A stretch of 64,000 bases of DNA. It comes from an uncultured Desulfobacteraceae bacterium (GTDB lineage: Bacteria > Desulfobacterota > Desulfobacteria > Desulfobacterales > UBA11574). Positions within the stretch are counted from its first letter, which is position 1. The number at the start of each line of letters is the position of its first letter. This document shows positions 46,101 to 55,946 of this stretch, one piece after another. A program made the translations under genes and the position numbers. The notes under the pieces were generated by a model, which had not been told where the DNA came from, did no database searches, and was given only the letters and a program-made list of their open reading frames with translations. The stretch is from NCBI GenBank assembly GCA_964539365.1, contig CAZIIV010000003.1:8897-72896 (forward strand), in the 5' to 3' direction.

Positions 46101-46337
46101 TCGTCGCCCAGACGCCGGCTTGTTCAATGGGGTAATCAGCCCTTTCCCTTCGGCCCGGCAGAATTCATTTAACGTGCGGATAGACCATTGCTGGAGGGAA
46201 AGGGTTTTCTGGTCAGCCTCGACAAAGTGGAAAAATCCGATGGCGCTGTCGACCAGCTCTCCAATTTTATCCAGCGCCCGGGTTATCAGCTCGTCCAGCG
46301 TGTGCGTGGCGGCAGCAAGAGGCTCTTTGAAAAACAT
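46068..46337 (-). pseudogene. N-terminal remnant of a GAF-domain sensor gene
   Basis: IGFFHFVEADQKTLSLQQWS..TLNEFCRAEGKGL is a typical sensor GAF start. The expected continuation DYPIEQAGVWA is visible only in another frame, and then the similarity ends. Confidence 0.55.
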
Positions 46338-46529
46338 TTTTTCATATTAAATGTTTTTTGGGAAGCCCTATATATTGTGTTCACAGGAAAAAAACGATCT
46401 CGAACGCCTTTCTGTAAAAAAAATAATTTACATTTGCCTCAAATCTGTTATAAAGGTTTCAAATAATGAGGAATATTTCAGAAACTCATCTCAAATCAAA
46501 AAAAAGCATCATGCTGAGGGATCTTTTTT

Positions 46530-49500
46530 ATGTCCGAGGAAAAGAAAAATATGCCACCCGCCCCAAAAAGAAAGATCGCCGATTCCCGCAAAAACCGTGA
46601 TCTGAAGGAAAAAGCAAAGAAAAAACAATCTCGGACGGATTCCTTTCCCATCGTGTGCCTGGGGGCATCGGCGGGGGGGTTAAACTCTCTGGAGGCTTTT
46701 CTATCCAATGTGCCGGATCAAATGGGCGTGGCGTTTGTGGTCATCTCGCACACAAACCCGGATCGGACCAGCCTCCTGCCGGATATTCTGAGAAGAACGT
46801 CCGGGATACCGGTGAAAATCATCGAAGAGGGTATGGTTCCCGAGCAGAACACGGTCTATCTGCCCCCGTCGAACAGGGATCTTGTCATCGACCAGGAGAA
46901 ATTTCACCTAAAAGACATAGAACGAAAAGACGGGCTGCACCTTCCCATCGATCGTTTTTTGGAATCCCTTTCCAAAGCCTGGGGAAAGCGTTCCGGCTGT
47001 GCTATTTTATCCGGAACGGGCACGGACGGGACCCATGGGCTGCGGTTGATTAAGGAAGCCGGAGGGGTGACCCTCGCCGAAACGAAAAACTCGGCAGGAC
47101 ATTTCGGGATGCCTCAAAGCGCCATTGAAACCGGGATGGTCGATTTTATCCTGGAACCGGCCCGCATGCCCGGGCGGTTGATCGACTATTTCGAGCATCC
47201 CGTCACCCTCCAAGACCCTGCCGAGGTCGCGCGGGGGGTAAAAGACGGCAAACAAATCCCGAAATCGCTACACCAAATCATTCAGCTCCTTGCCAAAAAT
47301 ACCGGGCACGATTTTTCCCATTACAAAAAAAACACCTTGATCCGGCGCATCGAGCGGCGCATGAGCGTTACCCGCAGTAAAACCGCCGCCGAATACCTCG
47401 ATTACCTCCGCCGCAATGACCATGAAAGCGAGGCGCTTTTTCAGGACCTTCTGATCGGGGTGACCGAGTTTTTCAGGGATCCGGAAACCTTTATCCTTTT
47501 AAAGGAAAAAGTGCTTCCGGCTTTATTTTCCCGCCGGGATGAGAATGCGGATCTGCGCGCCTGGTTTGCGGGCTGTGCCACCGGGGAAGAGGTCTACTCC
47601 GCTGCCATGGTCATCTGCGAATATTTGGAAGAGCACGGGATACGATGCCCGGTACAGCTCTTCGGCACCGATATCGATCCGAAGGCCATCGATAAAGCCC
47701 GGCAAGGCGTTTATCTTCAAAACATCGCAGCGAAAGTGAGCCCGGAACGCCTCCAGCGGTTCTTTTCCAGGGACGGGGATCGGTACCGGGTTGAAAAAGA
47801 GATCAGAGATCCGGTGGTATTCGCAGTTCAGGACATCCTTCGAGATCCCCCGTTTACACAACTCGACCTTTTATTTTGCCGCAATCTGCTGATTTACCTC
47901 GAGCCCGAGGCGCAAAACCGGCTGATCCCCATTCTGCACTACAGCCTGAAACCGGAAGGCCTGCTGCTTTTGGGGTCCTCGGAAAGCACCGGCGGTTTTG
48001 CCGGGTTTTTCAACATGCTGGATAAGAGACACAGCATATATCGGAAAAAAGAGGGCCCCGTCACCGCGCGGCCGGCAATCGAATTTCCCGTCAGAGAAAA
48101 AATACCGGAACAAACGGCTCAATACATTCCCCCCGGCAGTCATGAAAAACCACAGGTATCTTCAGACATCGCACAGGCCACCGAAAGGCTGCTGCTGAAA
48201 AAACACACCCCGAGTTGCGTGATCGTCGACCAGGCCGGACGGATCCTCCATGTCCACGGCAGGACCGGAAAATACCTGGAGCTTCCCGCGGGAAAGCAGG
48301 ACCTCGATGTTTCAAACATGGCGCGGGAAGGGCTTCAATTTGCCCTCTCCTCCGCTCTGGGCCGGGCGTCTGCTTCTAAAAAGGAAATCCGCCGGCGCAG
48401 GATACGGGTCAAGACAAACAGCGAGTTTGAGGAGGTCGACCTGACGGTAACCCCCCTGAGCGAACCGTCGCCGCTTGAAAACACCTTCATGATTCTTTTC
48501 GAAGAAACCCGGGGCTTCTCTGAAACCCCAGCCCTAAAGAGGCTTGAAGAGGGTGAAGCCAACCCTGATCTCCGGCGGAACATGGAGCTTGAACAGGAGC
48601 TGATGAAGCTCAAGGAGGACTACAAAAGCGCCCTGGAAGCGCTTAAAACGTCGAACGAAGAGATGCGCTCGACCAACGAGGAGCTCCAGAGTACCAACGA
48701 GGAACTCGAGTCCTCAAGGGAAGAGCTTCAGTCGCTGAACGAGGAGCTCAATACGGTAAACGCCCAGCTGCAAAACAAGAATGAAGCGCTTTCCGAAGCC
48801 TACCTTTCCATTACCGATGTGTTGAACAGCACGAAAATCGCAATCGTGTTTTTGAACAACGATCTTTCCGTCAAACGGTTCACCCCGGAGACCGCCAGCC
48901 TGATCAACCTGATTGAAACCGATATCGGCCGGCCCATCTCGCATATCTCCCACAACCTGAGAATCGACGATCTGCCGAAAAGAGTCAAGTCGGTGGCCGC
49001 CACGCTTTCCGCCGTCGAGGACGAGGTCCAAACCCGGGACGGGCACTGGTACCGGATGTGCATCATGATTCACCGCAACAGGGACAACCGGATCCAGGGG
49101 ACGGTGCTCACTTTTATCAATATCGATGCCCAGAAGAAGGCCCAGACAGAGATCGGGCGGTTAGGGGAAAAAGAGGTTGCAGCGGCGAAGCGGTTTTCAG
49201 ACAGCATTGTGGATACCGTCCGGAAATCGCTCTTGGTACTCGACAGAAATTTCCGCGTGCTTACGGCAAACCAGCGTTTTTACGAGATCTTTCAGATGGC
49301 TGAAAAGGAAGTGGAAGGAAAGGGCTTGTTTGAATTGGAAGACCGTCAGTGGGATCTTCCCGATCTAAGGACGCTTTTCAACAAACTCATTACGGAAAGC
49401 AAGGCCTTTGATGATTACCGAATTGAGCATCGATTTCCGAAGATCGGGTTCAGGAAGCTGCGGTTAAATGCCCGCCTCCTGGTGGAAGATGAAAGTGAAA

Positions 49501-49568
49501 GCGGCAGGATCCTGCTCGCCATAGAAGATGTTACCGACCGGGGCCCGCTGGAAAAAGAGGACCAATGA
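46530..49568 (+). CDS. CheB methylesterase - CheR methyltransferase - coiled coil - PAS multidomain protein
   Basis: IVCLGASAGG (CheB), FFRDPETF and AGCATGEEVYS (CheR SAM site), a NEELQSTNEELESSREELQSLNEEL heptads region, and two C-terminal PAS-like domains. Confidence 0.9.
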   Translation: MSEEKKNMPPAPKRKIADSRKNRDLKEKAKKKQSRTDSFPIVCLGASAGGLNSLEAFLSNVPDQMGVAFVVISHTNPDRTSLLPDILRRTSGIPVKIIEEGMVPEQNTVYLPPSNRDLVIDQEKFHLKDIERKDGLHLPIDRFLESLSKAWGKRSGCAILSGTGTDGTHGLRLIKEAGGVTLAETKNSAGHFGMPQSAIETGMVDFILEPARMPGRLIDYFEHPVTLQDPAEVARGVKDGKQIPKSLHQIIQLLAKNTGHDFSHYKKNTLIRRIERRMSVTRSKTAAEYLDYLRRNDHESEALFQDLLIGVTEFFRDPETFILLKEKVLPALFSRRDENADLRAWFAGCATGEEVYSAAMVICEYLEEHGIRCPVQLFGTDIDPKAIDKARQGVYLQNIAAKVSPERLQRFFSRDGDRYRVEKEIRDPVVFAVQDILRDPPFTQLDLLFCRNLLIYLEPEAQNRLIPILHYSLKPEGLLLLGSSESTGGFAGFFNMLDKRHSIYRKKEGPVTARPAIEFPVREKIPEQTAQYIPPGSHEKPQVSSDIAQATERLLLKKHTPSCVIVDQAGRILHVHGRTGKYLELPAGKQDLDVSNMAREGLQFALSSALGRASASKKEIRRRRIRVKTNSEFEEVDLTVTPLSEPSPLENTFMILFEETRGFSETPALKRLEEGEANPDLRRNMELEQELMKLKEDYKSALEALKTSNEEMRSTNEELQSTNEELESSREELQSLNEELNTVNAQLQNKNEALSEAYLSITDVLNSTKIAIVFLNNDLSVKRFTPETASLINLIETDIGRPISHISHNLRIDDLPKRVKSVAATLSAVEDEVQTRDGHWYRMCIMIHRNRDNRIQGTVLTFINIDAQKKAQTEIGRLGEKEVAAAKRFSDSIVDTVRKSLLVLDRNFRVLTANQRFYEIFQMAEKEVEGKGLFELEDRQWDLPDLRTLFNKLITESKAFDDYRIEHRFPKIGFRKLRLNARLLVEDESESGRILLAIEDVTDRGPLEKEDQ

Positions 49569-50950
49569 TCGAAAACAGCTCCAAAAAGGCTTATGCCAGG
49601 CTGCGGCAGCGTGCCGAGACCATCCTGAAAGAGACGGAAGGCAAAAGGGCCGATACAACGGATCATGATCTTTTAGAGATCCTCCATGAGCTTGAGGTTC
49701 ACCAAGTGGAGCTTGATCTGCAGAACGAGGCCCTGCGGCGAACCGCCAAGGATCTTGAAGCCGCCCGTGACGAATACTTCGAATTTTACGAATTCGCCCC
49801 GGTTGGTTTTATGACCCTGGACAAAACCGGAACGATCGAAAAGGCCAATGCAGCCGCTGCCGACCTTCTCCAGCAGCCGCAGCGTTACCTGGTGGGTCAA
49901 AAGTTTTCGAATCGGGTTTATCCGGAGGACCTGCCCGCCTATTTGGGGAAAATAAAAAAGAGCAGCGAATCCGGCGTCAAAGACGTCAGAGAGAGCTTAG
50001 ATCTGCGGCTTTTCGGAAAAGATGACCGCATCCACCATTTCCATCTTGATCTCGGAGCCGGGTTTGATGAACAGGGCCGTTTCAGTCACTGGCAATTTGC
50101 CATCCTTGATATCACCGAACTTAGACAGGCCCAGGAAATACTTCAGAAGACCCATGATGAACTCGAATCGCGCGTCCAGGAGCGAACCGCTGAACTTGCA
50201 AAGTTGAATGAAAATCTGAGAAAGGAAATCCAAAAGCGCAAAAAATTCGAGGCCGATCTAAAATTGAAAAGTAATAGAATCTTGAAAGAGCAGGAACAAC
50301 GCAAATATTTATCAAAAAAACTGGTGGAGATACTGGAAAGAGAACGTCAGGAGATAGCCGAGTCCCTTCATAACGATGTCGGGCAGATACTGGCAAAACT
50401 CAATATGGATCTTGATGATGTGATAGATTCAGGCGTGGATGCCCCCATTAAGGCAGATGCATTAGTTAAGATCCAAAGCAGCATCATGGAATCGATGGAT
50501 TATGTCAGCTGGCTGGCTGGTAGTCTCAGGCCGCACATCCTGGAAAACCTTGGGCTGGTCCCGGCCATCAGAAACATGTTGAATAAAATGAAGGAGAATT
50601 CCAAGGTCAGTTTTCATCTTCATACAGAAGGGGATCTTTTGCAGATAGATGATGAAAAGGCCCTGGCTGTCTACCGGATCGTTCAGGAGGCGGTGACAAA
50701 CTGCCTCAAGCATGCCCGTGCAAAGAATATTATTGTCAACCTGACCAGAAAAGACGAATTTTTATCAATAACCATAGATGACGACGGCACGGGTTTCGAA
50801 TACGATATAATATCAGCCGGAAAAGGTAAAAAGGATAAGCTTGGCCTTATCATTATGCATGAGAGGGCGGTACAGGTCGGCGGTGAATTTCGCGTCGAAT
50901 CCCGGGTCGGAAAAGGAACCCGGGTGATCGTGGAGACACCGGTTGAATGA
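49565..50950 (+). CDS. PAS sensor histidine kinase (HisKA_3 type)
   Basis: ATGA overlap with the upstream gene. PAS, coiled coil, H-box IAESLHNDVGQIL, and HATPase (EAVTNCLKHA, DDGTGF, GLIIMHER). Confidence 0.9.
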   Translation: MIENSSKKAYARLRQRAETILKETEGKRADTTDHDLLEILHELEVHQVELDLQNEALRRTAKDLEAARDEYFEFYEFAPVGFMTLDKTGTIEKANAAAADLLQQPQRYLVGQKFSNRVYPEDLPAYLGKIKKSSESGVKDVRESLDLRLFGKDDRIHHFHLDLGAGFDEQGRFSHWQFAILDITELRQAQEILQKTHDELESRVQERTAELAKLNENLRKEIQKRKKFEADLKLKSNRILKEQEQRKYLSKKLVEILERERQEIAESLHNDVGQILAKLNMDLDDVIDSGVDAPIKADALVKIQSSIMESMDYVSWLAGSLRPHILENLGLVPAIRNMLNKMKENSKVSFHLHTEGDLLQIDDEKALAVYRIVQEAVTNCLKHARAKNIIVNLTRKDEFLSITIDDDGTGFEYDIISAGKGKKDKLGLIIMHERAVQVGGEFRVESRVGKGTRVIVETPVE

Positions 50951-50981
50951 AACTGTGTATTGGGTATAGGAGATTTACACC

Positions 50982-51680
50982 ATGGAACAAAAGAGTACCG
51001 AGAAACCGCACGGCGGCAAAACAAAAATTCTTCTTGCTGACGACCACCCCGTGGTCGTAGAAGGAATCATCAGGGCGCTTGAAAAAGAGCCGGATTTTGA
51101 AATCGTGGGTACGGCCCCGGACGGAGTTCAAGTCGTCAAAATGGTGAAAACCCTGAAGCCTGATATTGTGATTATGGATATCTCCATGCCCAATATGAAG
51201 GGGATAGACGCGACACACGAGATCAAGACATGGAGGGAGCAAATCCATGTGATGATCTACACCATGTATTCGGACCGGGAATATATCACAACCCTTTTCA
51301 GACTGGGCGTAAGCGCATATATTCTCAAGCGCGAACCCATCAAAGAAGTCGTTCGGGCGGTAAAAGTGGTCAGGGATGGGGGCACCTACTTTTCCATTGG
51401 CGTGCGAAAGGTGCTCAAGGAGCAACTGGACATGCTGACGATGGGGGACCTGGCTGAAGTCAGGGAAGTGCAGAATGGGCTCAAGAAACTAACTGTCCGT
51501 GAAAGGGAGGTTTTCGTCCTTCTGGCCGACGGCTTGACACCGAAAGAGATCGCAAAACGTCTCTGTATCAGCCCCAAGACCATAGAGAGCCATAAGTACA
51601 ATATCATGTATAAACTGGAGGTGTCCTCCATTGCCCAACTCACCAAGCTCGCCATTAAGAAAGAGCTTATTGAGGCCTAA
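50982..51680 (+). CDS. NarL/FixJ (LuxR-type HTH) response regulator
   Basis: ILLADDHPVV, IVIMDISMP, LTVREREVFVLLADGLTPKEIAKRLCISPKTIESHK. Confidence 0.92.
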   Translation: MEQKSTEKPHGGKTKILLADDHPVVVEGIIRALEKEPDFEIVGTAPDGVQVVKMVKTLKPDIVIMDISMPNMKGIDATHEIKTWREQIHVMIYTMYSDREYITTLFRLGVSAYILKREPIKEVVRAVKVVRDGGTYFSIGVRKVLKEQLDMLTMGDLAEVREVQNGLKKLTVREREVFVLLADGLTPKEIAKRLCISPKTIESHKYNIMYKLEVSSIAQLTKLAIKKELIEA

Positions 51681-51981
51681 GATATTTCCTAAACGTTTCA
51701 TTACTCTCCCGCTAAAAAGACACACCATATGGTATGTTTGATAGATTTCATTACCATATGTTGTTTTCACCTATTGTTTTTTATGCCCACCACCGCTCTT
51801 TCGTCTCACAAAATCCCATAAAACAACATCCGAAATAAAGTATTCCAAAATAGTCCCCCTCCCGATGGACAAAATCCCGTTCAAAAGCTAACCTCTTATT
51901 CATAGACTGGAATAAAACTCGTACCCGTTATCCCCAACTACCGGGGGTGCAGAAAATCATCCTTAAAACAGGAGATTAATG

Positions 51982-52335
51982 ATGGCCAACATCCTGATTA
52001 TAGATGATCAGCCTTATTTGAAAGAACTGATTTCAACCGATCTTTCCTTGGCGGGACACCATGTTACCTGTGTTGAAAATGCAGAAGATGCGATGGAAAA
52101 TCTTCGATCGCACAATCCCGATATCGTTTTGCTCGACCTTTATCTTCAAGGGTATGAAAGATGGGATTTGCTGCGCCGCTTGAAGTTACAAGATCATCGC
52201 CGTCCCGTCCTGATCGTGACCGTCTTTGAGCAGCTTGTCAATGACCCGCGACTTGCCGAAGCTAACGGTTGTGTCATCAAAGATATTTATGAGGACAAGA
52301 TAATAAAAAAGATAGAAGACGCATTGAGCCTTTAA
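51982..52335 (+). CDS. Stand-alone receiver (REC) protein, canonical paralog of 12099..12455
   Basis: MANILIIDDQ..., acceptor DIVLLDLYL, VLIVT, VIKD. GGAG lies 7 nt upstream of the ATG at 51982. Confidence 0.85.
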   Translation: MANILIIDDQPYLKELISTDLSLAGHHVTCVENAEDAMENLRSHNPDIVLLDLYLQGYERWDLLRRLKLQDHRRPVLIVTVFEQLVNDPRLAEANGCVIKDIYEDKIIKKIEDALSL

Positions 52336-52471
52336 CCAAAAAAAGAACTAAAAGCCGCAAGAAATAGTGCCTTAAACAATCACAGGCCAAAAATGAACAA
52401 TGCGGATAAATTTTGATTCTCGGCAGAAATGTTTTTTTTGAAATATATAACTTATATGGGAGGCTCGGGCA

Positions 52472-52828
52472 ATGAACAATCTGGATATGGAGGCTGTAGG
52501 CGAACGCCCCGATTCAACAAATGGCCTTATCGATAAGGCATTAAAGTATGGAAAAGACGATTCAACATTGCGGCTGAGTTCTAGTACCAATGGTGTCCAC
52601 TTGCAGTGGCGGCGGGTCGAAGATGAATTGCCTGAAAGAAATGTAGTGGTGATGGTATGCTTCAAAAGCGGATATGATAATTCGCTGATACGCGCAATGG
52701 CTTACAGAACCTTCGACCCCGGAAGATGCTTTTGGAGCACGGACCTGGTTTGCGAGGAGCCCGATGGGTATGCTGTCGATGATATAGAGGTGACCCATTG
52801 GATGCCATTGCCTAACCTTCCCTTATAG
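52472..52828 (+). CDS. DUF551-like protein (a phage-associated domain family)
   Basis: W..V.DELPE...VVV......, ending in VTHWMPLPNLP. GGGAGG lies 8 nt upstream. Confidence 0.6.
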   Translation: MNNLDMEAVGERPDSTNGLIDKALKYGKDDSTLRLSSSTNGVHLQWRRVEDELPERNVVVMVCFKSGYDNSLIRAMAYRTFDPGRCFWSTDLVCEEPDGYAVDDIEVTHWMPLPNLPL

Positions 52829-52901
52829 GAGAAGTTTATCTTTCACGAAAGCAGGAACAGACCTTCCTTTTATTGTTCACAAAACCGGAGGGTTTGATGC
52901 G

Positions 52902-53181
52902 ATGGATACAGGCAAAAAAACAATGAATGGCCCGGATAAAAATCCCAGGGTCTTGATCGTCACCCCGGAGGTCGCATTTTTGCCGCCGGGGATGGGGAAC
53001 GGATCGCATTAGGCAGGCTATTGTAACACGCATCATGCAGGAAAGCATTGCCTGGTTTAATCATGCAGCCACGGCAGAGCAATACATCCAATTGCATGAA
53101 AGGATGATTCAACGCCCCCTATTAACCGATACCGGCAAGGCGGCCATCGACAAAAAAACAAGACAGATTCCGGAAAGTTAA
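52902..53181 (+). pseudogene. Glycogen synthase (glgA paralog) remnant with a large internal deletion
   Basis: The 5' part reads MDTGKKTMNGPDKNPRVLIVTPEVAFLPPGMGNGSH* (compare intact NPRILIVTPEVTYLPDRMGG). From 53011, in the +1 frame, it reads RQAIVTRIMQESIAWFNHAATAEQYIQLHERMIQRPL... (compare intact KRIMIESAAQFTHATTARQYIDLYEKMLRRPL). Confidence 0.8.
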
Positions 53182-53290
53182 ACGACCAGCAGCCAGGTTC
53201 GGTCATTCCCGTTAGCGTGGCGATGATAGATGCCGAAAAACCACAGCAATGGAAAATGGCTAAAAACCGGAGGTGAAAGGAGGTTATGCC

Positions 53291-54154
53291 ATGTTGGATA
53301 CAAGAATGAATCAAAACCTGTTCGATAATGGCGTTCCAACCAATGGGGATGGATTGCCTGAGGTTCCAGTCTATACAACCGAACACAATGTAACTGAAGA
53401 TGTTCTCAACGCTCGACTGTCAAGACACGGCTTCGAACGAAGTAGCTTGTTGCTTGAATTGCAAAAATACCGTAAGGAAAATGAACAGCTGAGATTCTTT
53501 GTGCAGAAAACGGCGCAACAGGCCATCAATGCAATGGAAAACGACCGCAAGACCGTGGCGAGGGAGATACATGACAGTATCGGTGGCAGCTTAGCTGCAA
53601 TCAAATTATTTATGGAATCCAGAATGGACAGCGCTGACGTGTCGTCTTGTAAAAGCGCCAAGCCAATTGAGCAAATTATCAGCTATTTGAAAGATACCAT
53701 TAAAGAAACCCGTACCATTTGTCATCAATTGAACCCGAGAGCGCTTGAGGATTTCGAACTGACGGTCGCAATTTCAAAATTAATAAAAAGATTTAACCAA
53801 TTTTTTCCCAAGACCGAGGTGGATTTTGAACTCGACCTTTCCGTCGAGGCCATCTCTGAAAAAGTTAAAACGGTGGTCTATCGCGTTGTTCAGGAAGCTT
53901 TGAACAACATCGGCAAACACAGCGGAGCCGATGCTGTCAAAATCAAGCTGACCGCGCTTCATAATCAGATTTTGCTCAAGGTGGAAGACAACGGATGGGG
54001 ATTCGATATCCGTGTGCTTGAAACGGATCAGTCTCACCAAGGCTTTGGAATGCGCGGCATGAGGGACCGCATAGAGCTCTGTGAAGGGACGTTTCAGGTG
54101 CAATCCAAGCCTGGAAAGGGAACCAGGCTGTCGGCAATAATTCCGATCAGATGA
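53291..54154 (+). CDS. Orphan cytoplasmic histidine kinase (HisKA_3 type, no PAS/TM)
   Basis: Coiled coil, H-box VAREIHDSIGGSL, and HATPase (EALNNIGKHS, DNGWGF, GMRGMRDR). AAGGAGG lies 7 nt upstream of the ATG at 53291. Confidence 0.88.
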   Translation: MLDTRMNQNLFDNGVPTNGDGLPEVPVYTTEHNVTEDVLNARLSRHGFERSSLLLELQKYRKENEQLRFFVQKTAQQAINAMENDRKTVAREIHDSIGGSLAAIKLFMESRMDSADVSSCKSAKPIEQIISYLKDTIKETRTICHQLNPRALEDFELTVAISKLIKRFNQFFPKTEVDFELDLSVEAISEKVKTVVYRVVQEALNNIGKHSGADAVKIKLTALHNQILLKVEDNGWGFDIRVLETDQSHQGFGMRGMRDRIELCEGTFQVQSKPGKGTRLSAIIPIR

Positions 54155-54187
54155 TGATGTAAGGATCTTGATATAGGAGACGCTGAG

Positions 54188-55855
54188 ATGGGCGGAAACC
54201 ACAAAGCCGTAATTGAAAAGGCTGATCCCGGAGCAATTGACCATGGTGATGGGCTGGTGAGCTTTGCCATCTATGCCCCTTATAAGGAATCAATCCACGT
54301 CATAGGCAGCTTTAATGATTGGGACCATCAACGAAATCCATTGGAGCAAAGAGAGCCGGGCTACTGGGTGACAGCACTTCAATTGGATAAAGGCAGCTAC
54401 CAATATCAGTTTGTGATCGACCATGATTTGGTTGTCTGCGATCCATACGCCCACGAAGTGACAGACGGATTCAAAGGCTCTGAGCAGCCGTGTGCGGTCA
54501 TTCGGGTCGACAAAGTGCCGTATCGCTGGGAACATGACGATTGGCTACGACACAGACTCAGTGACCTTCTCATTTACGAGATGCATATCGGCGATTTCAC
54601 AGAAGAAGGCACGTTCGTCGCAGCCGCAAAAAAAATGGATCACTTAGCCGGCCTCGGTATCACTGCGATTGAGCTGATGCCGATCTACGAAGCAGCACCG
54701 GATGACTACTGGGGCTACGAGCCCACTTTTTTGCTGGCGCCAAGGCGGTCCTACGGATCACCCGATGATTTGCGCAGATTCGTCGATGCTGCCCACGCCC
54801 ACAATGTGGCAGTCATACTGGATATGGTCCTGGCCCACACCGCCCATCAGCACCCATTCAACCGAATGTATAAGTACGAGAATAGTCCCTGGTACGGCTC
54901 AGGACTTGGCGAGCAGAACCAGTACGGTTTGCCGACCTTCGACTATCTTAAGGATACCACCAATTTTTTCGTGCGCGATGTCGAGATCCACTGGATGATA
55001 GCGTATCACATCGACGGTTTCCGCTACGATTACCTGGCTGGGATCGGTGCCGACGCCGAGGGTAAGGGTCTACCCAATTTGATGGACCGGGCCAGAGAGA
55101 TCCAGCCGGATGCTTTTTTCATCGGAGAATGCATCCCGGAAAATCCCCAACTCGTCAATGACAGCGGCTTGAGCGCCGTCTGGCATACGCGCAGCCGCCT
55201 GGCCCTACTATCCCTGGTGTCTGAAACCGATGTCGAGCCGTATAGCTGGTCACGGTTCGCGGAGGCCGTTCAGGTATTCGATCCGGCGACGCAGGACTAT
55301 CGAGAAGCCCAGTTTATGATTAATTATGTCGAGTGTCACGACGATCAGCGCCTTATGCATGTCCTGGGGGAAGCTGGCTTTGATGATGTCTGCGCTCTGA
55401 AAAAGTCGAAGCTGGCCGCAACGATCCTTATGACAATTCCCGGCCAACCGATGCTCTATCAAGGCCAGGAGTGGGGTGAGTCATCTCTCACCTGCACTGA
55501 ACGGAACAAAATCTCCTGGCAAAATCTCAAGACGGACATGGGCAAGGCCCTGCTGGAACACTACCAACTAATGAGCCGTATCCGGCGGTCCCGAAGTTCC
55601 GTAAGGAGCGGAGATTTCGTGATGCCGCTGATAGACGAGGAAAAAAGATGCATCGTCTATCATCGGCGGTTTGGCGAATTCGATCATATAGCGGTCGCGG
55701 CGAATTTCTCGAGTCAAAAGCAAAAGATTTCAATACCACTGCCTCAGCCCGGTTACTGGCACGAACCTGAAAGTGAGCCTTTCGAAACAGACGAGGCGAT
55801 AGAATGGGAAATTAATGAGTACTCGGCCATAGTTTTGCTGTCCGGAAAATCTTGA
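54188..55855 (+). CDS. GH13 alpha-amylase-family enzyme with an N-terminal CBM48/E-set domain (TreZ/branching-enzyme-like)
   Basis: FAIYAP...VIGSFNDW, LIYEMHIGDFT, GITAIELMPI, VILDMVLAHT, DGFRYD, IGECIP, ECHDD. Confidence 0.85.
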   Translation: MGGNHKAVIEKADPGAIDHGDGLVSFAIYAPYKESIHVIGSFNDWDHQRNPLEQREPGYWVTALQLDKGSYQYQFVIDHDLVVCDPYAHEVTDGFKGSEQPCAVIRVDKVPYRWEHDDWLRHRLSDLLIYEMHIGDFTEEGTFVAAAKKMDHLAGLGITAIELMPIYEAAPDDYWGYEPTFLLAPRRSYGSPDDLRRFVDAAHAHNVAVILDMVLAHTAHQHPFNRMYKYENSPWYGSGLGEQNQYGLPTFDYLKDTTNFFVRDVEIHWMIAYHIDGFRYDYLAGIGADAEGKGLPNLMDRAREIQPDAFFIGECIPENPQLVNDSGLSAVWHTRSRLALLSLVSETDVEPYSWSRFAEAVQVFDPATQDYREAQFMINYVECHDDQRLMHVLGEAGFDDVCALKKSKLAATILMTIPGQPMLYQGQEWGESSLTCTERNKISWQNLKTDMGKALLEHYQLMSRIRRSRSSVRSGDFVMPLIDEEKRCIVYHRRFGEFDHIAVAANFSSQKQKISIPLPQPGYWHEPESEPFETDEAIEWEINEYSAIVLLSGKS

Positions 55856-55946
55856 TCCGGCTGAGTACTGATTGACCGCAAATAGCACAGACGAACAATC
55901 TGAAACAAATAAATTCCGACTCAAGTCTATGCGGAGGAAAACAACT

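Noticed and set aside
52372-53386. Minus-strand ORFs of 97, 70 and 109 aa in the REC-to-kinase gap
   Set aside because: They overlap the DUF551 ORF and the glgA remnant on the opposite strand, have no motifs, and lie in decayed sequence.
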